NCBI GenBank assembly: GCA_024644045.1
Contig: JAHELT010000005.1
Coordinates: forward strand, 8,149-72,148
Direction of reading: 5' to 3'
From: Chromatiales bacterium
GTDB taxonomy: Bacteria > Pseudomonadota > Gammaproteobacteria > JAHELT01
DNA: 64,000 bases
The notes under the pieces are model-generated. The model was given only the letters and a program-made list of their open reading frames with translations. It ran no database searches and was not told where the DNA came from. Made by a program: the position numbers and the translations under genes. Shown here one piece after another: positions 28,305 through 38,642 of the stretch (its first letter is position 1; each line of letters opens with the position of its first letter).

Positions 28305-28473
28305 GTGTGGGATTCCGGATTCATTTCCTCGGTAGCGCGCGTCGATGCGGTACTTCAGGGGTGCGACCGCCGTGGCGCTACCTCGGCGGGCACGCAGCGC
28401 GGATACTCCTCGACCGAACCGCCGAGCTGCACATGAGCGCCTTCAAACCCACAGCGCCCTGAATGCGCCTGGG

Positions 28474-29601
28474 TCAGTTAATGCCGCGCAGCGCGGTTTC
28501 CAGGTGAGCGACCGTGCGTTCGATGTTGTGCAGCTTGTCCAGCCCGAAGAGGCCGAGCCGGAAGGTGCGGAAGTCCGCCGGTTCGTCGCATTGCAGCGGA
28601 ACGCCGGCGGCGATCTGCAGGCCCTGTGAGGCGAACTTGCTGCCATTGTGCAGGTCGGCCTGATCGGTGTAGCTGACCACCACGCCCGGCGCCTGGTAGC
28701 CTTCGGCCGCTACGCTTTTGAAGCCGCGTGCGCTCAGCAGCGCGCGTACCCTGTCGCCCAGTGCCTGTTGTTCCTCGCGAACCTTGTCGAAACCGTAGGC
28801 TTCGGTCTCCTGCATGGTGTCACGGAACGCCGCAAGCGCATCGGTCGGCAGGGTCGCGTGATAGGCGTGCCCGCCATTTTCGTAAGCCCGCATGATGTCG
28901 AGCCACTTGCGCAGATCGCAGGCGAAGCTCGTGCTGCGCGTCTCGGCGATTCGCTCACTGGCAAGGGGGCTGAGCATCACCAGTCCGGCGCAGGGCGAGG
29001 CGCTCCAGCCTTTCTGCGGCGCGCTGATCAGCACGTCCACGCCGGTGGCCTGCATATCGACCCAGATCGCACCGGAGGCAATGCAATCGAGCACCAGCAT
29101 ACCGCCTACACCGTGGGCGGCTTCGGCAACCCGACGAATATAATCGTCAGGCAGCAGCATGCCCGACGAGGTCTCGACGTGCGGCGCGAACACCAGATCC
29201 GGACGCACGCGATCAATGGTCGCCACCACTTCGTCCACGGGAACGGGCGCGAACGCGGGCTGCGGTCCCGCGTCGAGCGGCCGCGCCTTCAGCACGGTCT
29301 CGGCTTCCGGAATGGCGCCGGCCTCGAATATCTGCGACCAGCGGAAGCTGAACCAGCCGTTGCGAATCACCAGGCAACGCCGGCCGGTGGCGAACTGGCG
29401 GGCCACCGCCTCCATGGCGTAGGTCCCTCCGCCGGGCACCACCGCGACCGCGTGGGCGTTGTAGACCCGCTTCAGGGCGCCGGATACATCCCGCATCACC
29501 TGCTGGAACGATTGCGACATGTGGTTCAGCGAGCGATCAGTGAACACCACCGAGTACTCGAGCAGACCTTCGGGATCGACGTCGGGCAGCAGACCGGGCA
29601 C
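28474..29601 (-). CDS. Class V PLP aminotransferase (serine-pyruvate/alanine-glyoxylate-like)
   Basis: GLLEYSVVFTDRSLNHMS, PHVETS, DCIASG, SAPQKGW (PLP Lys); GTG start with GAGGAG RBS. Confidence 0.9.
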   Translation of the reverse strand: MPGLLPDVDPEGLLEYSVVFTDRSLNHMSQSFQQVMRDVSGALKRVYNAHAVAVVPGGGTYAMEAVARQFATGRRCLVIRNGWFSFRWSQIFEAGAIPEAETVLKARPLDAGPQPAFAPVPVDEVVATIDRVRPDLVFAPHVETSSGMLLPDDYIRRVAEAAHGVGGMLVLDCIASGAIWVDMQATGVDVLISAPQKGWSASPCAGLVMLSPLASERIAETRSTSFACDLRKWLDIMRAYENGGHAYHATLPTDALAAFRDTMQETEAYGFDKVREEQQALGDRVRALLSARGFKSVAAEGYQAPGVVVSYTDQADLHNGSKFASQGLQIAAGVPLQCDEPADFRTFRLGLFGLDKLHNIERTVAHLETALRGIN

Positions 29602-29674
29602 GGTGGCTCCTCGCGAGTTACTGAAGTGTCCTATTGTGCTACGTTCCGCCGGGTGCGGCAAAGCGGCCGCTTCC

Positions 29675-30508
29675 TCAGAGCGCGGCCACCGCAACGCCCG
29701 CGGCGATCAGCCCCGTTCCGGCGACACGGCCGAACCAGACGCCGCGCGCCAGCGTCTTCTCGACCAGCACGAACAGCGCAAGGCCCACGATCCAGTACAG
29801 GTTCATCACGCCGCCCGCGAACAGCAGTGCCATCAGAAACCAGCAGCAGCCGAGGCAGAAGCTGCCGTGTCCCGCGCCCATCACCAGGGCACCGAAGTTA
29901 CCCGGGCGTCTGTGGCGCACCAGGTAGTGAACCGGAGAGCGGCAGTGCTTGAGGCACGCCTGCTTGATCGGGGTCAGCTGCCATAGCCCGGCGGCGATCA
30001 GCAGCGCGGCCGTCAGCCGGTAACTGGTGCTCTCCAGCATCGGGGAGAGCAGGCCGGCAAGCGTTAGTGTCCACTGCAAGGCCACTGCTGTCGCGCTGAA
30101 CACCAGCCAGACGACCAGGTAGCCGGCGGTAAAAAACCCCGCGCTGCCATACGGTGGGCTTCGCGTACCGCTGCGCCGATTGATCGCCGCGGCGAGAAGA
30201 ATGGTGGGTGCAGCGCTCGGCAACATCATCGCGACCATCATGACCCACCACATGGCAAGCATGACTGCGGCGTAGCCGGCGTCCCACGCGTGCCCGCCGG
30301 TCGGCGTGCCGCCGTTCGTCGCCATAGCCGTCGCCGTCTGCTGGCCCGGCATGACGGCACGCGTCATCCCAAAGGCGCTCATTTCCATGCCCACGCCGGC
30401 AAGGGTGTAGATCCAGGCAAGCGCGGCAACCAGCACGAGCGCGGCAACCACCAGCCGGCGGTCGCGCCGCAGCAGTTGCTCGAGCGGCGGTGTCGATACG
30501 GCGGACAC
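29675..30508 (-). CDS. DUF2182 metal-binding integral membrane protein
   Basis: MWWVMMVAMMLPSAAP, KQACLKHCRSP, CLGCCWFLM. Confidence 0.9.
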   Translation of the reverse strand: MSAVSTPPLEQLLRRDRRLVVAALVLVAALAWIYTLAGVGMEMSAFGMTRAVMPGQQTATAMATNGGTPTGGHAWDAGYAAVMLAMWWVMMVAMMLPSAAPTILLAAAINRRSGTRSPPYGSAGFFTAGYLVVWLVFSATAVALQWTLTLAGLLSPMLESTSYRLTAALLIAAGLWQLTPIKQACLKHCRSPVHYLVRHRRPGNFGALVMGAGHGSFCLGCCWFLMALLFAGGVMNLYWIVGLALFVLVEKTLARGVWFGRVAGTGLIAAGVAVAAL

Positions 30509-30511
30509 GGC

Positions 30512-31150
30512 TCAGCCGTGAACCACCCCGGCGTTCGAGTGGCGCAGAACGTTGAACTGACCGAAGCTGTCTTTCAGGTCAAGCTGCACCGCTGCGTCCT
30601 TGCCGGTGCGGGACGTTGCGCTGCCGATCTCCGCAAACTCGAACTCGATGCCGTTCGGTATATCGATGCGTACCCGGTGCTCACCGTCCCCGTGCGGCGG
30701 ACGTATCGGGCTCCCGGTCGAGTCCAGAACGCCGGGTATGACGGCGCGCGCGGTGCGGGCCTCGATGTCGACCTCGAAGTCGATGGGTTTGAAGAGCGTC
30801 TCGTGAACCGTATCCGACATCGCCCGGAACACCCACCAGTGGGTGGCGGCCTCGTCGGTCTCCTTGCCGTGCAGCACGGTCTCCAGGGCGCGGCGCTGCT
30901 GCGCATCGGCGCGCTCGTCGATGATCGCCTGCAGCTCGCCCTTACCCTCGAAAACCGGGCCCGGCCAGGCGTACAGCATCGCGAATTTCAGGCCGCTCAA
31001 GTCCACTTTCCCGAACCGGCCGGTATCGATCCGGACCACCTCGAACCCACGGCAGTTGCCGTTGGTCGGCAATGCCTCGAACTGGCAGGGGCAACCGTAG
31101 CTGCAGTTGCAGTTGCCGAACTCCACACCTTCGACGTACCAATCGATCAT
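30512..31150 (-). CDS. DUF1326-family protein
   Basis: NCNCSYGCPCQF...P..G.C, WPGPVFEG; lies next to its usual partner DUF2182. Confidence 0.9.
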   Translation of the reverse strand: MIDWYVEGVEFGNCNCSYGCPCQFEALPTNGNCRGFEVVRIDTGRFGKVDLSGLKFAMLYAWPGPVFEGKGELQAIIDERADAQQRRALETVLHGKETDEAATHWWVFRAMSDTVHETLFKPIDFEVDIEARTARAVIPGVLDSTGSPIRPPHGDGEHRVRIDIPNGIEFEFAEIGSATSRTGKDAAVQLDLKDSFGQFNVLRHSNAGVVHG

Positions 31151-31232
31151 GGCGATCACCGTAAGTCTGCGGCGTTTATCGTGCACTGAGCATAGTCCAT
31201 TCGATATGAAGTTGCTCAGCCTTACCAGATAT

Positions 31233-32225
31233 TCATGTTAGCGCCGTGCGCGCTGCCAGCAGTCGGTCGACCGCGTCGCAGGCAGCGCGCAGACGCTGCT
31301 CATAGCCGCCGCGTATCAGTACGAACGACCGATCGCGGCCTTCCAGCGCGGCACGGTAACGCGTGAATATGGCGTGCCGTTCCCGTTCGAGGAAGCGCTG
31401 TCGGTCATCGATCCATGGCACGTCGACGTCGAGCAGAAGATACAGATCGTACGTGCGCTGCTCGGCGAGTGCCGCAACGTCGTGCGGGCATTCGCCGAAC
31501 AGGATCTGGCTCCAGAGCATGGTGGTCAGGACGTCAGTATCACAGAACAACAGTCGGTTCGCCCGACGGGCCAGGGCGTCTTCGCTGGCAGCCTGACCGT
31601 AGGCGATCCGGGGAATGTCGGCGGGGTCGCAGCGACCGCCCTCGGGGTTCAGCAGCTCCCTCGCGTACTCGGGCACCCACACCGTGTGGTAGCGGCGTGC
31701 CAGGCGCCTTGCGAGCTCGCTTTTTCCGGTGGACTCGGGTCCGAACAGGCAAACGCGCAACACGTAGTAAGGCCGCACCGGAACGGGCAGATACCGCCAG
31801 TGCGCGAGGGGATCGCCGCGAATTGCGCTTGCGGAGATCGGAACGGCAGTCCGCGAAGGATCGACAGGGACGAACTCAGCGCCCACCAGTGTCGCGACCC
31901 GGGCGCCGTAACTCTCGGATGCAAACACCCGGTCGACGCCACGCGGAAACAGGCCGCACAGATGCGCTTTCCAAAGGGCCCAGAAATCCGGGTGCTCTTC
32001 GGGGTAGTGCGGCAAGCGCTCGTCGTTAGTGTGGATCAATCTCACATCGGTAAACAGCTCGCGCAACCAGCCGGCCCTCAGTCGGGGGTCGAGCACATCG
32101 CTCGCCCGCGAGTAGAAAAGCAAGTAGAGTTTCTCGACCCGCGCCCTTGCGAAATCGACCAGGTAAACGTGACCGGCATGCGGAGGCATGAACTTACCGA
32201 TGATGATTCCCGTGGCAGCACGCAT
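31233..32225 (-). CDS. NadR-like NMN adenylyltransferase / ribosylnicotinamide kinase (no HTH)
   Basis: GKFMPPHAGH (HIGH-type), SASAIR, GPESTGKS, VPEYAR, CDTD, DVPWIDD. Confidence 0.88.
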   Translation of the reverse strand: MRAATGIIIGKFMPPHAGHVYLVDFARARVEKLYLLFYSRASDVLDPRLRAGWLRELFTDVRLIHTNDERLPHYPEEHPDFWALWKAHLCGLFPRGVDRVFASESYGARVATLVGAEFVPVDPSRTAVPISASAIRGDPLAHWRYLPVPVRPYYVLRVCLFGPESTGKSELARRLARRYHTVWVPEYARELLNPEGGRCDPADIPRIAYGQAASEDALARRANRLLFCDTDVLTTMLWSQILFGECPHDVAALAEQRTYDLYLLLDVDVPWIDDRQRFLERERHAIFTRYRAALEGRDRSFVLIRGGYEQRLRAACDAVDRLLAARTALT

Positions 32226-33156
32226 GCGCAGCGATCCGTCGTCCCCAGTCCGTCTTACGCTCGTCATTGTATGCATTGCCTTGAGCAGTGTCGGCCTGAC
32301 GCTGCGGGCCGCGGCTGACGTCAAGGTTGCCGAGAACGCCCAGCCGATCCTGCTGGCGCTGCATGAATGGACCGGCCAGCAGGTCACGACGCGGCTCGCC
32401 GGGAGCATGCTCGAGGTGCTGGGCTACCGGGTCGAGTATCTCACCGCCGGGGCGTACACCGCCGCGCTGGCGCTGGCGAACGGCGAGCTGGCGGCCTCAC
32501 TGGAGGTGTGGAGCAACAACCTCGGCGAGCACTATCCGCGGCTGCTGGCGAGCGGGCAGATCGAACGCCTCGGCGAGCTGGGCCTGGTTGCGCAGGAGGG
32601 CTGGTTGTACCCCCAGCACATGGCGAAGGCGTGCCCGGGGCTTCCGGCCTGGCAAGCGTTCCTTGGATGCAGCAGAACGTTCGCCACACCGGAGACCTGG
32701 CCGCTGGGACGCTTCGTGGACTACCCTGCCGAGTGGGGCGCACGGGCATCCAGGTTGATCGAGGAAGAGGCGCTGCCGTTCGCGGCGATTCCCGGCGGCA
32801 GCGAAGGCGCGATGCTGGCCGAGATGCGCAGTGCCACGGTTCGGCGTACGCCGCTGGTCATGATGTTCTGGGCACCGCACTGGGTGCTGTCAAGGATCGA
32901 GCACGGCTGGGTGGAGATACCCGAACCGTTGCGCGCGCGTTACGGACTCGAACGGCCGAGCGTCTTCAAAGCCGCCTGGCCCGGGTTGAGGGCCCGGTGG
33001 CCGACCGCCCACCGGCTGCTGTCCGGCTTTACGCTCGACAACGACACGCAGCAGCGACTTGTCAATCGGATCGACAACCACGGCGAGCCCCTGCAGGCGG
33101 TCGCCCGGCAATGGGTCACCGAGCACCGGGCGACCTGGATGCTGTGGGTGCAGTAA
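32224..33156 (+). CDS. Glycine betaine/proline ABC-type substrate-binding protein
   Basis: Signal peptide, HEWTGQ, LEVW, EGWLYP, CPGLPAW, WAPHW; start inferred. Confidence 0.8.
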   Translation: MRSDPSSPVRLTLVIVCIALSSVGLTLRAAADVKVAENAQPILLALHEWTGQQVTTRLAGSMLEVLGYRVEYLTAGAYTAALALANGELAASLEVWSNNLGEHYPRLLASGQIERLGELGLVAQEGWLYPQHMAKACPGLPAWQAFLGCSRTFATPETWPLGRFVDYPAEWGARASRLIEEEALPFAAIPGGSEGAMLAEMRSATVRRTPLVMMFWAPHWVLSRIEHGWVEIPEPLRARYGLERPSVFKAAWPGLRARWPTAHRLLSGFTLDNDTQQRLVNRIDNHGEPLQAVARQWVTEHRATWMLWVQ

Positions 33157-33240
33157 GTGCGGTGATCCCGTGGCGGGACAACCTTGCGGTCCCCTTCTCG
33201 ACACTTCCCATTTACCACTTGCGCCAGGCCGCAGTGCGCT

Positions 33241-34785
33241 CTAAAGCACCGCCTCGATCAGGTAAGGCCCTTCGGCAGCGATCCCGCGTGCCAGCGCGCG
33301 GCAGAACTCGTCCGCCGTTGCGGCGCGCTCGGCCTCGACCCCCATGCCGCGGGCGATCGCCACCCAGTCGAGATCCGGCCGGCCGATTTCGAGCATGTCG
33401 AGCGCCTTGCGCCCCGGCTGCGCAGCGCCCATGTTGCGCAGCTCACCTTTGAGAATGGCGTAATCCCGGTTGGCGAAGATGACGGTGGTGACGTCCAGTC
33501 CCTCGCGCGCCTGGGTCCAGAGAGACTGCACGGTATACATGGCACTGCCGTCGCCGGAGAGACAGAGCACTTTACGGTCCGGGCAGGCGACGGCGGCACC
33601 CGTGGCCAGTGGTAAACCGAGCCCGATCGACCCGCCCGTGTTGTTGAGCCAGTCGTGCGGCGGTGCGCCGGCAGTGTACGGGAAAAAGCCCCGTCCTGTG
33701 GTTATCGCCTCGTCGGCGACGATCGCCTGCTCCGGAATCAATGCACCCAGCGCCTGCGCGAGGCTGTCCTTGTCGAGCGCGCCCTGCGGCAGCGCCGGGC
33801 GCCGCGACGACTGCACGAGCGCAGCCCCCGCTTCCGCACCCAGTTCCTGCGCCAGCCACGCCAGGGCATGCGCCGAATCCTCCGCGGCGCTCGTCAGACG
33901 GTGAATCTCGCAGCCGGGCGGCGCCAGCAGGCTCGGTTTGTCCGGGTAGGCGAAGAACGCCACCGGCGCCTGCGCACCGACGAGCACGATGTGCCGGTAG
34001 TGGGCGAGCGCCGCAAGCGCCTGATCGACGGGGAACGGTATGCGTTCGACTGCCACACGGCCCGCGCCGCGCTGCAGACGGGCGTTCGCGAGCTGCGTCA
34101 TCAGGCCGGCGCCGGTCGCCGCCGCGATGCCGCCGGCCGTACGCAGCGCAGCTTCGCGCAACGCAGGCCCGGCGAGCAGCAGCAGCGTCGGCTCGCCGGA
34201 GCGCAACACGTGCACCGCATCGTCGATCGCCTGCTGGGTAGCCTGTCGCCGTTCACCCGGCGCCTGCGCCGGGGCCGGGCCGTCGCATTCCTGCCACGCC
34301 GAATCGGCCGGCAGGATGAGCGTGGCAATCTGACCGGGCGGCTCGGTGGCGGCGCATACCGCCGCCGCCGCATCGCCGGTGGCGGCGGCGGCAGAGCGAG
34401 CCGTGCGCACCCAGTGCGAGACCGGCCTTGCAATCGCCTCGATGTCGGCAGTGAGCGGCGCGTCGTGGGCAATGTGGTAGGTCGCGTGTTCGCCCACCAC
34501 GTTGACCATCGGCGAATGCGCTTTCTTCGCGTTGTGCAGATTGGCGAGACCGTTGCCGAGGCCCGGCCCCAGATGCAGCAACGTTGATGCGGGCCTGTCG
34601 GTCATCCGCGCATAGCCATCGGCCGCCCCGGTTACCACACCTTCGAACAGTCCCAGCACACAGCGCATGCCGTCGACGCGATCCAGCGCAGCAACGAAGT
34701 GCATCTCGGAGGTTCCGGGATTCGTGAAGCACACGTCGACACCGGCGCTCACGAGGGTCCGGACCAGGCCTTCCGCTCCGTTCAT
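33241..34785 (-). CDS. Thiamine-diphosphate enzyme, acetolactate synthase large-subunit-like
   Basis: NPGTSEMH, LFEGV, TGGSIG, GDGSAMY...N TPP motif. Confidence 0.9.
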   Translation of the reverse strand: MNGAEGLVRTLVSAGVDVCFTNPGTSEMHFVAALDRVDGMRCVLGLFEGVVTGAADGYARMTDRPASTLLHLGPGLGNGLANLHNAKKAHSPMVNVVGEHATYHIAHDAPLTADIEAIARPVSHWVRTARSAAAATGDAAAAVCAATEPPGQIATLILPADSAWQECDGPAPAQAPGERRQATQQAIDDAVHVLRSGEPTLLLLAGPALREAALRTAGGIAAATGAGLMTQLANARLQRGAGRVAVERIPFPVDQALAALAHYRHIVLVGAQAPVAFFAYPDKPSLLAPPGCEIHRLTSAAEDSAHALAWLAQELGAEAGAALVQSSRRPALPQGALDKDSLAQALGALIPEQAIVADEAITTGRGFFPYTAGAPPHDWLNNTGGSIGLGLPLATGAAVACPDRKVLCLSGDGSAMYTVQSLWTQAREGLDVTTVIFANRDYAILKGELRNMGAAQPGRKALDMLEIGRPDLDWVAIARGMGVEAERAATADEFCRALARGIAAEGPYLIEAVL

Positions 34786-34981
34786 GCTGCCGTCGCTCTC
34801 CCACTGTCAACCGCCATTCCGGGATACTACTTTAATACGAATGAGCAGCGGCCGGCAGCCACTGCCCGGCAAAGCAGGATTACGGTTGACCCGCTGCAGG
34901 TCGTTGGTCCCGCGCGGCCGCTTGCGGGCACGATTATTCGTGTACCATTGACTCGACCGGTTGACAGGAGGAGCAGCGTAC

Positions 34982-35230
34982 ATGGCTGATTTCGACCAAA
35001 CGGTGACATTTCCGCAGGAAGTCATCGAATACCAGACGCGCGACGGGCTCAGCATTGCCGCGGCCTGGCGCAGCTACCGGGGATTGACGCTCACCCAGCT
35101 TGCCGAAAAATCGGGTGTGCCGGAGCCGGACATCGAACAGCTGGAAGATTCGGGCGCCGCGGCGCAATCCGATACGATAGAGAAGCTCGCCGCCGCGCTC
35201 AACTGCAGCGTGGATCAACTCAAGGGATAA
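34982..35230 (+). CDS. Small XRE-family HTH protein
   Basis: AGGAGG RBS; AWRSYRGLTLTQLAEKSGV...IEQLE...KLAAALN. Confidence 0.85.
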   Translation: MADFDQTVTFPQEVIEYQTRDGLSIAAAWRSYRGLTLTQLAEKSGVPEPDIEQLEDSGAAAQSDTIEKLAAALNCSVDQLKG

Positions 35231-35232
35231 CG

Positions 35233-36654
35233 ATGAACGAACGGGAGCCGGCGTTCGGCGTACCCGCGGATTTCGTGGCAGATCCGCATAAGGTCGCTGC
35301 GGTAAAGCAACAGTTGATCGACGCCGGAACACGCTTCTGCTACGCCGCCTTCGTCGACGTGCACGGTATCCCGAAAAGCAAGGTAAGCCCGATCCACAGC
35401 TTCGAGAAAATGTGCAACGGGCACGAGTTGTACACGGTCGGCGCGAACGAAGGCATGGGCCTCGCTGGACCACACGAGGACGAGTGCGCGGCGGTGCCCG
35501 ACCTCGACAGCCTGATCGTGTTTCCCTGGGACGCTACGCAGGCGTGGTTCAGCGCAGACCTCTGGCACAACGGCACACTCTACGCGAACAACCCACGCCA
35601 GCTGCTGCGTAAAGTCCTGGCCGAGGCGAGCGACATGGGTTACCGCTTCGACCTGGGCATGGAGCCGGAGTTCTACGTTTACAAGCAGGACGCTGATGGC
35701 CTGCAGCCCATCACCCGCACACAGTTCAAGGGTCCGAACGCCTGTTACGACGTTACCCTGGCCGCGGAATCACAGAGCCTGCTGGCGGTGATTGCCGACT
35801 ACCTGGATACGCTGGGCTGGGGGTTGTACTCCTTCGACCAGGAATGCGGACGCGGCCAGCACGAGTTCGACTTCGGCTACGCCGATGCCCTGACCATGGC
35901 CGACCGCTTCGTGTTCTTCCGTTTCATGGTGAAACACGTGGCCCAGGCGGCGGGCGGCGTTGCCAGCTTCATGCCGAAGCCGTTTGCGGACGATTTTCGC
36001 AGCGGCGCACATTTCAACATGTCGCTGGCGGACGAAAAAACCGGCGCGAACCTGTTTGCACCCGGCGCCGGCCAGGGCACTGCATTGAGCCGGAAATACG
36101 GGATACCGCATTCCGATCTGGCGCTGCACTTCGCCGCCGGCGTACTGAAGCATGCCGGCGCGATCACGGCGCTGACCTGCCCTACCTACAACTCCTATCA
36201 GGGACTGACGGCGCAGGGCGAGCTGGCCGACTTCTCCTGGGCGCCGATCCTGGTGGTCTGGGGCAGGAACAACCGCTCGGCGATGCTGCGCTTCCCGATG
36301 AACCGACACTGCTTAGAGAATCGCGCCGCCGACAGCTCCTGTAATCCCTACCTCGGCGCGGCTTTGACGCTCGCTGCCGGCCTCGAAGGCATCCGTGAAC
36401 GGATGGACCCCGGGGAGCCGATCAACACGGACGTGTACCTGATGGGCCGCACGGCGCTGAAACAGGCCGGCATCGGAACGCTGCCGCCGACCCTGCTGCA
36501 CGCGCTGGAGGCCTTCGAGCAGGACCCCCTGGTGGACAGCGCGCTGGGCACGGAGTTCAAGAACATTTTTCTGGCACAGAAGCGCAAAGAATGGGAGCGC
36601 GCCTTTCTTTACGTGTCGGCGGAACAGCGTGAAGCAATGCTGACTTTCATCTGA
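35233..36654 (+). CDS. Glutamine synthetase family protein (GlnT/gamma-glutamyl-amide synthetase-like)
   Basis: DVHGIPKSK, GMEPEFY, GQHEFDF, FMPKPF, SGAHFNMS, NNRSAMLR, ENRAADSSCNPYL. Confidence 0.9.
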   Translation: MNEREPAFGVPADFVADPHKVAAVKQQLIDAGTRFCYAAFVDVHGIPKSKVSPIHSFEKMCNGHELYTVGANEGMGLAGPHEDECAAVPDLDSLIVFPWDATQAWFSADLWHNGTLYANNPRQLLRKVLAEASDMGYRFDLGMEPEFYVYKQDADGLQPITRTQFKGPNACYDVTLAAESQSLLAVIADYLDTLGWGLYSFDQECGRGQHEFDFGYADALTMADRFVFFRFMVKHVAQAAGGVASFMPKPFADDFRSGAHFNMSLADEKTGANLFAPGAGQGTALSRKYGIPHSDLALHFAAGVLKHAGAITALTCPTYNSYQGLTAQGELADFSWAPILVVWGRNNRSAMLRFPMNRHCLENRAADSSCNPYLGAALTLAAGLEGIRERMDPGEPINTDVYLMGRTALKQAGIGTLPPTLLHALEAFEQDPLVDSALGTEFKNIFLAQKRKEWERAFLYVSAEQREAMLTFI

Positions 36655-36931
36655 CCGGGTTGTGCTGGCCTTTCTGCTCGGATGGTCGTGGTACTCGCCG
36701 AAGCGGTTCGGAAGCCAATGGGCCGAAGGTGTGAGTGTGAAGTTCGAAGGCTTCCGGCGCCGGTCGCCACGGTGACTGAGGCGAGGCCCGTTCCTGCTGT
36801 CCCGCGCGGCGCTTCGCTGACGATCATCCTGATCAGGATCACGATCGTGTTCCTGATCGTGGCAGGCGGGAACTTCTTTCAGAAGAGCAGCCACGCCATC
36901 TGAACGGACGCGGCGCGGCGACGGGGCGCGA

Positions 36932-37621
36932 TCAGAGGTACGGGCTGGATTCGCGCAACGCCTCGAGCTTCGTGCGCTTGCGGATCAGACCGGTCTCCAG
37001 GCCGGTTACTTCGCTCTCCAGGGCGCCGATCTCCTTCGCCAGTTCGCGGGTCTGCTGCAGCAGCTGCGCGCGCCGGTCGCTGGTCACGCCGTCGCTGATC
37101 AGCTCCGCTTCTGCGCGGGCGAGCTCGTCGTTCAGAGTCTGCAGCGTTGTTGTCCTGGCATCGACTTCGCGTTCGTCATTGCGAACCTGCGCGTTCAGCT
37201 CGTAGAGCTCGCGCCCGTCGCTGTAGCCGAGCTTGAAGGCATACTCCAGATCGCCGGGACACACACCCTGGTAGAGCTTGCCCCGGTAGCCCACGCGGAA
37301 GCCGTTGGCTTCGCGGCAATATTCGACCAGCCCCTGGTCACGGCCGGCGGTATAGGCATCCAGATCCGGCGCCACGCCGTACCGGGCGCAATCCTCACGG
37401 TGTTTTCCCACCACGTCCGCGACCTTGCCCCGGGCGCCGTCCTGATAACCGATCGTGCGCCAGTCGGCGTTCAGGCATTCATCCTTGTCCAGCGTTGCGC
37501 AAGCGGTTGCGCCGAAACCGAGCAATGCCAACACACAGCCGCGAATACCACCACAAGCCGTCACGATACATCTCCATCCGATTCGCGCGGTATTATTGCG
37601 CGATATCGGCTTGCGATCCAT
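36932..37621 (-). CDS. DUF2799 lipoprotein (start uncertain)
   Basis: ATAC lipobox-like site, ECLNADW..IGYQDG, EYC...NGF..G, YQGVCP, coiled-coil tail. Confidence 0.8.
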   Translation of the reverse strand: MDRKPISRNNTARIGWRCIVTACGGIRGCVLALLGFGATACATLDKDECLNADWRTIGYQDGARGKVADVVGKHREDCARYGVAPDLDAYTAGRDQGLVEYCREANGFRVGYRGKLYQGVCPGDLEYAFKLGYSDGRELYELNAQVRNDEREVDARTTTLQTLNDELARAEAELISDGVTSDRRAQLLQQTRELAKEIGALESEVTGLETGLIRKRTKLEALRESSPYL

Positions 37622-37680
37622 CGAGCCATCTGCTTGACTCGGGCCCCTGACCGCCGCCGACGGGTCCGCAGTCGACGTCC

Positions 37681-38325
37681 GTGAGCCGCAAGAACAAGAC
37701 CATCGCCCAGCGCAGCGCGTCGCGCAGCCGAAAAGAGCTGTCGAGCATTGCCGCGCGTATCCGCTACGCGCGAGAGTTCAGGAACATGGAACCGCAGGCG
37801 CTGCGCGCGCGGCTGCAGGACATCGGCCTGTCGGTTTCCAAGCAGCTGCTGCACCGCTACGAAACGGTGGAGTCGCGCAATCCCAGCCTCAGCATCATCG
37901 ACGGCATCGCCGACGTCACGGGGTTCTCGCCCGGCTGGCTGCTGTTCGGCAAAGGCCAGGTGTTCACCGAGGACCCGTTCACCCAGATCGTGCGCGCGGT
38001 CAACCTCGAGTATCTGTACCGGCAGCCGAGGCAGGAACGCCCGGCGCCCGCCGCACTGAAGGCGGCCGGCGTCAGCGCAGAGACACTCGCCCAGGCCCGC
38101 GCGCGGCCGTTTATCGTCAGCATCGACGATCACTTTGCGCGCGCGGTGGAGCATGCCGCAGGCAAACCCGTGGGGTGGCTGGACGCGCCACCCGACACCC
38201 GCGGCAGACGCGGCCGGGCCAAACGCATGGTCGACACCCTGGAACTGATCGGCGAAGCACTGAAGCTCACCGAGCCTCAGCGCCGGGCGCTGACCGGCAT
38301 GCTGAAAACGCTGAATCCCGACTGA
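37681..38325 (+). CDS. Tandem XRE/phage-repressor-like HTH regulator without an S24 peptidase domain
   Basis: First unit ARIRYAR...SPGWLLFGKG; second unit RAVNL...ARAVEHAAGKPVGWLD. Confidence 0.7.
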   Translation: MSRKNKTIAQRSASRSRKELSSIAARIRYAREFRNMEPQALRARLQDIGLSVSKQLLHRYETVESRNPSLSIIDGIADVTGFSPGWLLFGKGQVFTEDPFTQIVRAVNLEYLYRQPRQERPAPAALKAAGVSAETLAQARARPFIVSIDDHFARAVEHAAGKPVGWLDAPPDTRGRRGRAKRMVDTLELIGEALKLTEPQRRALTGMLKTLNPD

Positions 38326-38388
38326 TTGGTCAACGTGGAATGGACAACGTACATTCCTGGTTGACTAATTCCCGATCGCTGCTAAACT
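38325..38388 (+). promoter_or_regulatory. Sigma70 promoter overlapped by a 21-bp imperfect inverted repeat (operator)
   Basis: TTGACT (38361) -16 nt- TAAACT (38383) with TGn extension; arms 38325-38345 and 38349-38369 match at 17/21. Confidence 0.65.
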
Positions 38389-38395
38389 CGCCCGC

Positions 38396-38548
38396 ATGAT
38401 CAGTATGCCAACAGCCTTGCGCATTTCGCACGCACCTTCGGCGCGGCCCAGTCCGCTTGCGCTGCCTGCGTGGGCGACGATGTCGGTGCGTTTGGCGAAC
38501 GGCGATTGCTTTTCAGTCGCAGTGACCGAAGAGGATCCAGTGACCTAG
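38396..38548 (+). CDS. Putative leaderless leader peptide (50 aa, MISMPTALR...EEDPVT)
   Basis: ATG lies 7 nt after the -10 box; stop lies just before alternative hairpins and a terminator. Confidence 0.45.
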   Translation: MISMPTALRISHAPSARPSPLALPAWATMSVRLANGDCFSVAVTEEDPVT

Positions 38549-38604
38549 GCACTTCCGCATACAACCGGAAGGCGCCAACGCGAACCTTCCGGAACATCAG
38601 GCTG

Positions 38605-38642
38605 AAAGCCCCGGCTGGTTCGTCCAACCGGGGCTTTTTTTT
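38605..38642 (+). terminator. Intrinsic terminator/attenuator
   Basis: AAAGCCCCGG...CCGGGGCTTTTTTT. Confidence 0.75.

Noticed and set aside
37681..38325. Prophage immunity region
   Set aside because: The protein is repressor-like, but there is no divergent cro, integrase or phage structural gene nearby
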